Positions 24,790 through 37,384 of a DNA stretch of 64,000 nucleotides are shown here, piece after piece (position 1 is the stretch's first letter; each line of letters starts with the position of its first letter). The DNA is taken from assembly GCA_002633005.1 (NCBI GenBank), contig NMRA01000001.1:3455695-3519694 (forward strand). Reading direction: 5' to 3'. This DNA comes from Phoronis australis. Its lineage: Eukaryota; Animalia; Phoronida. The notes beneath the pieces were generated by a model. It worked only from the letters and a program-made list of their open reading frames with translations, was not told the origin of the DNA and searched no databases. The translations under genes were made by a program, and so were the position numbers.

Positions 24790-25830
24790 GTCTGATGTCA
24801 TTTGTCAGATGTCATCAGATGTGCGCAGGCCTCATGGTTGGGCCCATTGCACAAAACACCTGAGCAAAAGCACGAGAGCCCAATTATGGCTCCTCGTGAA
24901 AGTCTGCCAGTCTCCTTTAGGAAAATGGACAGACGTTTCCATTTGTTGCCGTACACTAAATGTTGTAGGCATGTAACAGTGCCATCCAGTAGGTTGCTCC
25001 TTAGCCTATAAAAAGCTGAGCAAGACTCTACCAGGTGTGAAAGGAGATTCTACGTCAGTACCACACTCGCGACACACAGGGCTCCCCATATGCCCAGTAA
25101 TGTGTCTGTGTCTGGCTAGGTTGCAGTGGCCCGTCAAAATTTGAATGACATGTCTTATATCCAATCTTTCTAGACCTAGAACGTTTTTTGAACCTTTTGG
25201 TTGGATCACTTTGGGAAAATTCTCCTTGGTCTCTCTGCAGGAGTTAAGTGATGCCCAGTGGGCTGCTGACTGGCTATGTACCTAGTTGCGTATACTCGTC
25301 CTGCAACATCCGTAAGATACCGGGATAGCACAAAATGCAGAATGCTTGCTCCTATCTTTGTGAGTCTGTCTGCATTCTCATTGCCATCAATTCCCAGATG
25401 TGCCCTGACCCAGCGTATTTTGATGGGTTTTGTTTAAGATTGAACTGCAAAAGTCCAACAGAAGCTTGGGACCCCAGCTGAGCAAAGCATCATGTAAAAC
25501 GTCACCAGGGTATTTCTTGTCCTGAATTGTTTAGACTTCTTCACATATTTTGTTTTTAAGGGTAGTGGGCAACCTTTGACCCTTCCATGCCGGAAGCCAA
25601 GTCGAGAGGAATCAGTTGAACAAATATTTAGTCTGTCTTGGGTTATCATTTCTAATCATGATATCAAGGCAGTTTATTGGTAGCAGGACAGTGATATTTT
25701 ATCAATTGCTTTGTGATTGTAGCTGGTGTATTGGTGAGTGCTTGGGCAAATTTGGATGTGTATGTTGGAGTGCTGCTGAGTTGGCATCACCATGGAGACC
25801 ACTCAGCTGGGTTGTCTGTTACAATAGGTG
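24790..25830 (-). mobile_element. decayed 5'-truncated non-LTR retrotransposon (RNase H-containing, I/R1/Loa-like)
   Basis: Minus-strand RNase H motif KIRWVRAHLGIDGNENADRLTKIGA (~25350-25425) and C-terminal Zn-finger-like IQILTGHCNLARHRHITGHMGSPVCRECGTDVESP (ORF 25006-25209). Frameshifts and stops are present. The 3' tail is short ACATCTGA-like repeats near 24790-24820. No RT motifs recognised. The 5' limit is approximate. Confidence 0.8.
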
Positions 25831-28499
25831 GAGGAAAAAGTGGTGGAAAGTTATCCAAATACTTTGGGACAGCTTTTTATGCTAATATGATACATGTTAT
25901 GATGCATTATTCACACCACCTTCTTTGTGATAAATCGTACGTTGGGTTACCTCACGTATCGTCTTATTTCCAAGAAAGTGGCTTCCACGTTTTAGGTAGG
26001 GTGTTGCCGCACATTCAAGTCCCAGAGTATTTAATGCCTGGGCGAAAGGGAAAAGGATCATACCAAAGTCAATACCAGGACTAGTTTTCCTGTAAATCAA
26101 ATTATACGCTCAAGATGGTATGCACAAAGCCAAGGTATTCCCTCTGATGATACCTGAAAGAAATTTAATACCAACGGGAGTTGGATACCTACAAGAACCC
26201 ACTCTTTCTATGCGAGTCCTCCCCGGGGATAGCCCCCCCGGACTCTTACGTTCTATGTGTGCAATACCTCTCAACATAAGTTGACTACCATTCTCGTATG
26301 CGTATTGTTATGAGCAGGAGTCGGGATGTTAAATTTGCCTGTCTTGGTTTTGTGTCCCAAGTACTCTGCGTATGTGATTTCCATTTCTTCCATCCACACT
26401 TAGGCTTGGTCACGGGTACTTGTTATCAAGCAATTTGAGGATGATTTGGAGCAGTTTTTCAGCCTGGTGCTATCTGCCCAGAGATAACGAAGCTGGCAGC
26501 CCATGCCTAATGCACAGCTGTTGGCCAACAGTCATCCTTCTATCAATTAATTTCCACCAATTTTATACATGTGCTTTTGCTATTACTCAGCGCGCCTGAT
26601 CTGCGTTTTGTCTGTTACTGTCAATTCTGTAATGGGTTTTATCTCTTAGCCGTGCTTTTTATGGTGGACATTTGTTGTTGTCATTTTCGCTGAACTGTTT
26701 TCGGCAACGAAATCTTAATTGATCAAAATTGTTCAGTATCGGTTCAATAATACAAGTACAAAAGTTGCGCATATACATATTCATGAGAAAACTATAACTG
26801 ACAATCAAATTTGATGTTGTGTAGTTATTATGGAGTCAAAAATTCTGTTACGTATCATTTCCTTTGACCCTAAATATTGTCATAGACTAGAACTGGAATA
26901 TTAAGCGTTTCAGTTTCAATGTTATTGTAGTTTGTTTCATTCTTTTGTGTATAGGCTGTAGTAAGAAATAACTGCTGGTGTTGTACGGTTCTATTGATAT
27001 CAGTTTGCAATTCCAGCCAAATCAACCGAAATAAAACGGGCCAAAGTTAGTAGCGATAGGTAGGTCAAATTAGCGATTTTGTTGAAATAACCAGAAAACG
27101 TTTATGAAAGATGATTTGAACAAATAATCCCAAAATGTCTTACGCCCGGAGATCTCCGCATAAAGTTAAAGCTACTTTCTCATAGGACTAATTTTTACAA
27201 TTTTTTGTATTTACACAGAAGTCAGCAAACTGGGATATTTTGTATCTAATTACGTGTTTTCCACGTCCAGTCGGGTACAATTTTTCACAGCAAGGAGTAG
27301 AAGCATTTCAAAATAATGGATACGGCTAATTGTGGTCGATCCTACGCTTGTTTTCAAGCCAAGCCTTGCGTGCCAGAGAAATGAGTCTGGCATTGCTCAT
27401 TTAGTTTAATAGTCTACAAGGAAGCCATGTATTCACCAGCACCTTCATTTAAAAATAGACACTGCCATGATTTACTGAACTTCTCATTCTTTTTCTCCTT
27501 GCATTGATTTGTTGTGGGCTGTGAAAAATAGATGGACCAGTTGAAGGTCGGTAATTTATTTTACAGCATACATGTTTTAGAAGACTTTCTCTCGGAATGA
27601 GTGGTTTCAGATTTTTCTATGTAAAGTGTAGTATTTGTTCTGGTATTTCTTTGTCTTAGTAAGAGAAACTTGATCCGTGTTGGAACAGGTTAAAATAATA
27701 TTCAAAAAGCGTTATCTGACCATAAGCAAGGTTAATAATATCACCATTAAAACTTTTGTCAATCACGGGGATTGATTTCCTCAGAATGACCATCGTTGTT
27801 AAGAGTTTCAGCCAGATGGCACTAGACAATCGATAAGCCCGTTGTAGATGAGTGGTAACTCAACCTCCCCCCTCCGTCCCTATTAATAGAGGGGTTGTGC
27901 CTGTTGTGCCATCTAATCTGTATGGCTTACCTAATTTTTTTAGGAAAATAATGAAAATAACATGATTGAGGAAAGTCTTAATGGTGAGATTATTAACCTT
28001 GCTTTTGGTCAGATAACCCTTTGTGAATATGTTTTTTGTCAAACCGGTGAACGTTTTTGCTCATGTTAAAAGGACATTATCGGCATGAAAAGTGATAGAA
28101 AGTACAAGCCCTGCGTTCTCAGCCAAATGTTTTGTTGGCAGGGCTAAATCCCAATCCATAAATGACAGAGCATGTAAGCGTATTTAAACTGGTAATGTCA
28201 TCGGGCTTCATTTTAACGAGTGTCTATCAGACAATGGTGAGAACTGGCAATTTATTATAATATAAAAGCAATAGATTTTGTTGTTTTATAGTTCGGGTCA
28301 AAGCTAAATGAACATACTTCAAGATGTCTGTTTCATCAGGCGATAATCCTAAAAATACGTTTTTCAGCCCTATCTAATAGAAGATAGTAGTTAACTGTTG
28401 TAGCCTACTCATTACTACTGTGCATTCTTGTACATCATAGTTGGCATTCATATATCTGTTAGTGAGAGATAGCTGTCATACATATAGGGTTCACATAGT

Positions 28500-30236
28500 A
28501 ACATGTTGAACTTGGTGTAAGTTTGGGGCATGTGTTTAGCCTTAAAGTTTATTTACCCAAGCCATGATCACATAGGCCTTTTGTAAACTGACACATTTAA
28601 ACCAAGGTTAGCCTATTTGCAGCTGTTTATCTCTGTGGTCATTCCTTTGCCACTATAAATTTCTGGTCACTGGAGACTGGCTCTTGACTTGGTTTTATGC
28701 TGTCCTCCCCGATTTATGCGATTGGTCTGTCTGTCTGGATTGAATGATTACTCAGGTTTACAAGATTAGTGAATTTAGCAGGGTAATTCATTTTATAAAA
28801 CCTCACCTCTGTATGCTGATACCATACTTGCCTGTGTTTATACCCGTATTTCGCATGTCCTTAGAATTTTTACCGATTACAATTTTGAATGCCTTTGTTC
28901 TGGTGCAGTTTTTTAGTGTGAAATGTCTCATTTTTCAATTTTATCACCCTGACCCTTATTAGCCAGTGCAGTACTAAACGGTATGTGATTTTTGCCCCTC
29001 TGTCTACACTCTTAATTGCCGCGGGTAGAAAAATGGTGTCTGACCACATGTCTACATACTACCAATTATTTGTATCTGATGGTTGTATGCAAATTCGTGT
29101 ATACAAAAGATCAGACTGTGTAGACTGGACTTGACATCGGTCACATGTTCAGTTTAAGCTGTATATTTCACAGTGTAGCTGGCTAAAAAATAAAAAATGA
29201 ATTAGGCCCTTTGCTCTCATAAAATTGTTCTTACAATCATCCTCACTATGTGATAGGGATTCTATTTCTCTTCCCAACTCCAATACAGAAACCATCGGGA
29301 ACTCAAGAAAAAAATTATTGGTGTTGGCCCTACAATTGCGAGTTCGAAAATGGCGCATGTACNAACATGTTGAACTTGGTGTAAGTTTGGGGCATGTGTT
29401 TAGCCTTAAAGTTTATTTACCCAAGCCATGATCACACAGGCCTTTAGTAAACTGACACATTTAAACCAAGGTTAGCCTATTTGCAGCTGTTTATCTCTGT
29501 GGTCATTCCTTTGCCACTATAAATTTCTGGTCACTGGAGACTGGCTCTTGACTTGGTTTTATGCTGTCCTCCCTGATTTATGCGATTTATGCGATTGGTC
29601 TGTCTGTCTGGATTGAATGATTACTCAGGTTTACAAGATTAGTGAATTTAGCAGGGTAATTCATTTTATAAAACCTCACCTCTGTATGCTGATACCATAC
29701 TTGCCCGTGTTTATACCCGTACTTCGCATGTCCTTAGAATTTTTACCGATTACAATTTTGAATGCTTTTGTTCTAGTGCAGTTTTTTAGTGTGAAATGTC
29801 TCATTTTTCAATTTTATCACCCTGACCCTTATTAGCCAGTGCAGTACTAAACGGTATGTGATTTTTGCCCCACTGTCTACACTCTTAATTGCCGCGGGTA
29901 GAAAAATGGTGTCTGACCACATGTCTACATACTACCAATTATTTGTATCTGATGGTTGTATGCAAATTCGTGTATACAAAAGATCAGACTGTGTAGACTG
30001 GACTTGACATCGGTCACATGTTCTGTTTAAGCTGTATATCTCACAGTGTAGCTGGCTAAAAAATAAAAAAATGAATTAGGCCTTTTGCACTCATAAAATT
30101 GTTCTTACAATCATCCTCACTATGTGATAGGGATTCTATTTCTCTTCCCAACTCCAATACAGAAACCATCGGGAACTCAAGAAAAAAATTATTGGTGTTG
30201 GCCCTACAATTGCGAGTTTGAAAATGGCGCATGTAC
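28500..30236. repeat. ~865 bp near-identical tandem duplication separated by one N
   Basis: 28500-29362 and 29364-30236 differ only by scattered SNPs and a small indel. The junction is the single N at 29363. Confidence 0.95.
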
Positions 30237-32166
30237 GCATTACCTGTAACTCGAGCTGTCGGCTTCTTCGGCAACAATTCAAGATCTGATAAATTTATGT
30301 TTTTAAATCCCAGAATGTTCCGGTTACAAACGGGCAAAATGCAGCTCCAAGCTTTACAACTGGAGTTGTACTGACTTCTTATTCCTGGCGCATCCTGCTG
30401 GTATCTCAAGACTGCCATGCCATGTTTCATAATAGATCTGATTGTGTGAATTAATTGCAGAGTTCATAGCTTAGTGCAGGCTGTTAATTGCATCAATTAT
30501 TCCTGTCTGTGTTTACATTTCTCCACATATTCTCTGTAATTCCAAGCCTCAGCCACACTTAAAGAGATAAGACACTAAAAACAGTGGCTATACAATAGAT
30601 GAACATCTGTCGTTTATGCTAATATTATTTTTGTACTTTGCTTAAGTATTTCATGATCTTGGTGACTCACACGGTCTAATGTCTTAATACAACTGCGTCT
30701 CTGTGTCATGTGAACATCGTTTTCTGCTCGTTTAATCATTCAATTCGTGGAAGATTTTCTAATTTTGCTAGAGGGTGTAATTTATGCTCTTTGTTGCTCC
30801 TAGCACACATCTGTATTTACAATGTAAGCCACCTTGCTTGTTTCAAGCACACCTACCCATGTGTGTTCACTTTTATGCGCCTTCGTACATATATATGTAT
30901 GAGTGCATTATACAATCGTCCCTGTCAATATGATGCCCCTTGCTGCGTTTGCAAAATTCTTCATGGATGTTCATGAAGTTTTGCATACATGGTCCTTGTA
31001 TTATTAGGACAATACAAACCGACTACCTCAGCGCCTTCTTGTGGCATTTTAGGATCTCTTTTCGTATGCATATATTTTCTAATTTCTTTCATGATATTTG
31101 GCGTAGAGGTTTCTTTCAAGGATACAATGACACAGCCATTTTCGTATGGATTCAACATATTCAGCATTCTCTAAAGGCTATTTTTAATATTTTGAGGCTA
31201 TTTTTTCGTCCGCTTATCTGTCTGCCAAAGGGCTTGAAGGATCACTATATTTACAAGTGCATTCCTATTGAGATGATCACGATTGATGTAGATTTTTGTT
31301 CGAGTCCAACTATAGTGGTGTCCCCTAGTGGCATTTTGTATGCCTGAATATCTACCAATTTCCTTGATGAACCTTAAATTTTGGCATATGTGTTCCAGTT
31401 GAGGGGGATTCGCCTGACGTTCATTTTGGAACGAATCTGGCTACTGTGGCATCCCCTAGTGGCAGTTTAGGTTTTCTTGCCATAAAGCTTTATATATATA
31501 TGTGGGACGTCGCATTAAGAAACAACCCCAGACGCAATTGCTTTACTGTCTGTGGTGGAGTCGTGGAGGTATTTCAAGGCTTTGCTTTGCCCTTGCATTT
31601 GTCTGAGAATGTTTGGTTTGCTTGAAGTCAGTCGGGTTATTGGCTTGAAAATTTATGAATGGGAGATCTTCAATAATTTATTGATCTTTCAAGCTCTCAT
31701 GCATGGATTTGATGATATTGATGAAAATGATTGTGAAACTACCATCGAGGACGTCAATTTGTTGGGCAGGTTGTTTAATGTCAAATATAATGACATTCTT
31801 TTGTTGAAAAACGGGCATTTGATAACAATAATTTCCTCATTATACATCTCCAGACATGAATTTGATGCATCTAGGTCAGCTTACCATGTTCAAGACCAGG
31901 TGATGCATTGAGATCAAGTTTATATATCTTGGTTGTTCTGTTCTTTTACTTCATAACAACTGTTGTGTGTGTGTGTGTGGGGGGGGGGGGTACCATGTCA
32001 CTGGCCCCCAAAACATTTTGAAAGGGTGCATGAAAAACATTATCCTGGAAGACCAGTGGTGACCTCTGTCATTGTAAAATGAAAATGGAAACCTGTTTCT
32101 CATAGAGTATCATCTGTTTGATTGCAGTTGACTTTTCGCGTGGTGTGAGAGCGCAGACAAACCAAG

Positions 32167-35100
32167 ATGGCGACACTGTCGCTAAAAATCAGCGTTGTCG
32201 GATCGAGCATCGTCAAGACGATGCAGTTCGAGCCGTCAACCATCGTCTACGATGCCTGTCGCATTATACGAGAGAGGATTCCAGAAGCATCAGCAACCAA
32301 TCGTAAGTATCATTATTCCATAGTCCTTACCTCATCTGCTTCTCACAGCAAATGTTTCTCTGTCTTTTCACTTTTTCAAGATAATAAGTTGATGATAAAC
32401 TTGATGGTAATCTTGTTTGTTTTTGCTAATCTCACGCTTGAATCGCTGACGAAGTACTTCATCCCATAGTTGAAGAATAACGATCATTTTTCTTGGGTAT
32501 CAGTTTCGCTGATTCACTCCTTGTTACCGTGTTTAGAATAATCACTGGATCCATCAGATCATCCACTCTGGTCAGTGCTTACTAGTTTACTGTAACCTTC
32601 TATAGCCACGTCATATTTGCTGCACAGTATACCACTGTTAGTCATATTCCAGGTGTTTTTTCCTGAACTTGATCAGTGTCTTGACCAACATGTCTGGGGT
32701 CATTTCATAATACACTGAGTAACAGCATTACAACAGGATTGCTCAGCTTCACTAATTAGTCGTTTGACTTAATTACTTTCAGCCAGCGACTTTGGGTTGT
32801 TTTTGGCTGACGAGGACGCAAAGAAAGGTGTATGGCTGGAAAATGGACGTACCTTAGAATATTACTTGCTAAGAAGTGGGGTACGACTAAAGTTCTCATA
32901 AATAATTTGTTCAATTTTTGTTTGTTTATTCCAGTAAGTGCTACTGAATTTGAATTTGTGTTATTTTTTGACAGTTATAAACCAGATAAACTTTTAATGC
33001 AGTTAGTTTTTGCTGATAAATTCAACTCGATCCATTTGAAGGCGACTCAAATTTGTATTGTCTTTTGTTTAGTGTAGATTATTTTGGTGACAGCTGGAAA
33101 GTGTTAGGTTTCTCTCAATAACCCAGATTGCTCTTTAGCTGCTTTCAGATTTAAGTGACGATGTTGTCAGTTCAAAAATTGGGGTCCAATGGATCCACCT
33201 TCCATAATTTTTGGGGTCTATTTCAATACCGTGGGGTCCATAAAAACGGTCCAGAAATCAGAAGACTAGTGCAGAATGACGCATCTTGCTGTTGGAAAAA
33301 TGAGTTGAATCTAGTCAATGGAAAATATACGAAGACAGCCGAGAAATGAAACTGATGGCTTTATTTTGTTGATTTTAATTCTTGTAAATTGTCAAAGTGG
33401 CATTCAAAAGGGTTGCACCAATCAACTCAATAGACGTGTCATTTATTCGCTTAATTGTGTCATATGATGCTAAGTCATTGGGTGAACACTGTGTTCTAAA
33501 TAATCTAGAAACACTTAGTGATGATGATGATTTTTCTGAGTAAACGCAATTGTGGTTTAAGGATGTGCATATCTTGATCATGTTTATTGGATTAAACCTC
33601 TCTATCCTCTGTATTCCTCACTCCCCATACTGAACCCCCCCCNNNNNNNNNNNNNNNNNNNNNNNNNNNNNNNNNNNNNNNNNNNNNNNNNNNNNNNNNN
33701 NNNNNNNNNNNNNNCCCTGCACTATTATTGCAGGACTTGCTGGAGTACAAGAACAAACACCGCATCATCCGCGTGCGCATGTTGGACGGCACCATCAAGA
33801 CCATGCAGGTGGACGACAGTCACTCTGTGGCACAACTCATGGTCACCATCTGTTCAAAGATTGGTCAGTAACTCCTTGACAGCTGCCATAGGACTTATGT
33901 GGTTTTGTTTGGAAATGTCTATTTGAGTGTGTATGTAGTGTTCACGTCATGTGATACAGGGTAGAAGGTGAAGGATAGCTGTCTGTGCAAATGATGTTGT
34001 GTGATACTTATAGTGAAGAGATCCCGTTCTTTCAATATCTCAAGAACAGATTTTTTCTGCTGTATCTCTGTTATTGTCAAATCGGAACAGTAAATGTTTA
34101 TCGTTAACATGTATGTACTTAAAAACATAAGTTTTTACCGTAATGCAAGTGATAGTATCAAAAAGTTATAAATTTTAGCATTGAGAGATTTGGGATGAAG
34201 TAGTTTATTAACACGTCTGTGTAAAAGCTAAGTCATAACATTACAAGCATTGAGTAGCACTGAATTGTGTTATAAAAAAATGTGTTTCTTATGGGGTGTT
34301 TTGTATTAATACCCAATGCAGATTCAATATTCATGTGGCCACTCAATATGTCTAGTGGTGTAATGCATTGAGAAAAATTCGCAGTTAAAAACTTGTGTCT
34401 TACTGTAGGTATCACTAACCATGACGAGTTCTCACTCGTCAATGAGCTGACCGATGAAGAGAAAGAGAAGACCATGACACTGAGACGTGACAAGTCACTG
34501 GCACGAGACGCCAAGAAACTGGAGGAGATGAAGAAAAAACTACACACGGACGATGAACGTGAGTAACATGACGTGTTGTAACCTGCCGATGCTAGAATTG
34601 ACCTATCACCAGGATTTTGAGTGGCGGCTTAACTGACCATTCAGAACGCAGCATTATTGACTCACTTTCGTTTCCAAGCCGCCATTTTACCCGACAAACA
34701 ACACGTTGCCGGGTACAACTTATTGTTTGTTAGTCTACATTACGCAAGGGGGCGGAGCTTGCGATAGGTCAGTTAGACAAAAACTTAGCCATGTTTTCAG
34801 GATAATAATGGAAATGGGTGCAAAAATTAGTAGTTGATGATTTAATTGAATTCCACAAATGATCTCGACCGATGTGGAAAATCCTGGATATAACACAAAC
34901 ACATAACACTGTAGTTGTCACTTGGTGTGCAAATAGCTGTAGCTTGCTATTTCCAAAGTTTAGGTTTAAAGGTATTAGTTTTCTATTGGGGGAATACTCA
35001 CCGTATGATAGTTGGATCTGTGTTGCTTCTTTGACAAGAGACCTATTGTTGTCTTGCTGGTGTCTGATCTTTTGATACTATGACCAGTAAACATTTTTGC

Positions 35101-37384
35101 CAGAGCTACGTATTGAAAATCTGTTTTGTAAATACACGAAGAAAAATAGTTTTGCACTACTGATACCAGGGTTTATTTTTATTGTGTGAGTCTGGTGCAG
35201 AATGACTGTTAGAGTATCGTGTCTTTTTCAATCAGTGAACTGGCTGGACCACTCTAAGACGCTGCGCGAGCAGGGCATTGATGAGGCGGCCACCCTGTTG
35301 CTGCGCCGCAAGTTCTTCTTCTCCGACCAAAACGTTGACTCCAGGGACCCTGTGCAGTTGAACCTGTTGTATGTTCAGGTGAGATGCTCGAATAGGGAAG
35401 CACCTTGAAATACTTGTCATGAACACTGATTTGACATAAAACTACACGTTGTCATCCGACTTTACCTAAATTGTGTGTTGGTCCAGGACTGCATTCCATA
35501 GATCTCAAGACGCTCGCTAAGAAAAGCATGGCAATACCTCGTGAAGACTTATGTGAACATGCATTTTTGCAAGTTCCTTGCTTCTATGTAATGTATCCCT
35601 GTGACCACAAGTAGTGTAACTATTATGTTGGGATGTGTATGTATTTTAGTGTCTAGTCCTGTGTTTGAGTTGTACAAAAGCATGAATAACTGACGTATAA
35701 GTGGCTGTGTGACTGTCAACATGGTTACAAACGTTCTCTCCCTCTCTTTCCTTCCGCAGTCACGCGATGCCATCCTTAACGGTACCCATCCTGTCACCAT
35801 GGAAGAGGCTATAGAGTTTGCTGGTATTCAGTGCCAGATACAGTTTGGGGACCATGTGGAGAATAAACACAAACCAGGCTTCCTCGAGTGAGTAGGGAAT
35901 CCCTTATCATGTCACTAGTAATCTAGATGTGTTCTGTTGATGTTAAGATTACACCTGCTTCATTGGTAGCCTTGAAGTGGCTAGACTTGTTAGATCACAA
36001 GACATGCTCACTTTACACTATTAAGGGCAATTAGGGTGGGGGGGGGGGCTCACTTTCATCTTGAGTAACAGTTTTCTGCTTTTCTTGTGATCATGGATTG
36101 GTCATGGTAAAAGCACAGATTTGTGTTGTTAGCATAGGGAATTTCTCTATCAGCAACCATTAAAAAGGAGATTTCAGAATAAGAGAAGGCCAGTTATGCA
36201 ATTTTCCTCTACGAAAACAATAACACGACGTCTGAATATTAATCGAAGAAAATAAGATGGTTGACAGGAAGATGTGTTTGAGTAGTGAAACCTGATAGGT
36301 CATACCATCATTTGAATAATGTAGACAAACTTACCGCTGAGTTCAGCCGCACAAGTGGTAACATTTCCCTTTGATCGTCTCCTCTTCATTTCAGGTTGAA
36401 GGAATTCCTCCCTAAAGAATACATGAAGCAGAAAGGCATTGAGAAGAAAATCTATGTGGAACACAAGAAACTAGGGGGACTATTGGAGATCGATGCCAAG
36501 GCCAGGTATACAGCCCTGGCGCGGTCACTCAAGACATACGGAATCACGTTCTTCCTTGTTAAGGTCAGTAGTTCAGTGCCTGAACGAGTCCTGCATAATG
36601 TCAATAATGTGCAAGCTTATCTGAAGCATTCTGGCATGTTTCATGGCTTTGAATTGTTGCTCAATACACAGTTAGTTACATGTCGATTAATCTGTCTTTT
36701 CTTCACCCTCTAAACTGTCAACATAATGTTTGCTTTGCATAACTGTTGGTTGTCTTCTGTCTTCTAGGAAGGATATTCTAGTGCCCTGTCTACTGAGTGT
36801 CATCTGTTGTTTTGAATAAAGATTGGCTTTCGTTTCTTGGGAAAAATATCGTGGGCTTCAAGAAATTAATGCCCTACCAATTGGGAGTTTCTAGTAGATT
36901 AAGATGTTAAGTTTTTTATCTGGAAATTATGAAGGATAAGACAAAGTTATTGCTTGTATACTAGTCGTGTTCATGGAGAACACGGTGTGTTGTGTATCAT
37001 GATTGGTCTTCTTTTCTTTCTCAGAAAAAGGTAATGGCAAAAACAACCAGGTGCCCCGCCTACTAGGCATATCCAAGAAAAACATGGTGCACTGTATATT
37101 ATGAGTTGTCTATTTTTCATTCTCAGGAAAAAATGAAAGGCAAAAACAAGCTGGTGCCCCGCCTACTAGGTGTGACCAAGGAGAGTGTTGTGCGTGTGGA
37201 CGAGAAGACCAAACAGATCATGAAGACATGGCTACTGACCACAGTCAAGCGGTGGGCAGCCTCTCCCAACAGCTTCACGCTGGACTTTGGGGACTACTCG
37301 GACTCGTATTACTCTGTTCAGACAACAGAGGGCGAGCAGATTGCTCAACTTATCTCTGGCTACATTGATATTATACTTAAAAAG
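32167..37384 (+). CDS. TLN: talin FERM head (F0-F3) exons
   Basis: Exons 32167-32302, 32783-32880, 33734-33863, 34409-34558, 35236-35378, 35760-35887, 36395-36563, 37127-37384. Confidence 0.95.

Noticed and set aside
8413-32127. Short ORFs (60-135 aa) in talin intron 1 as nested genes
   Set aside because: No recognisable domains, no chain of phase-consistent exons, and composition typical of AT-rich non-coding DNA. Only the LINE remnant is protein-like.
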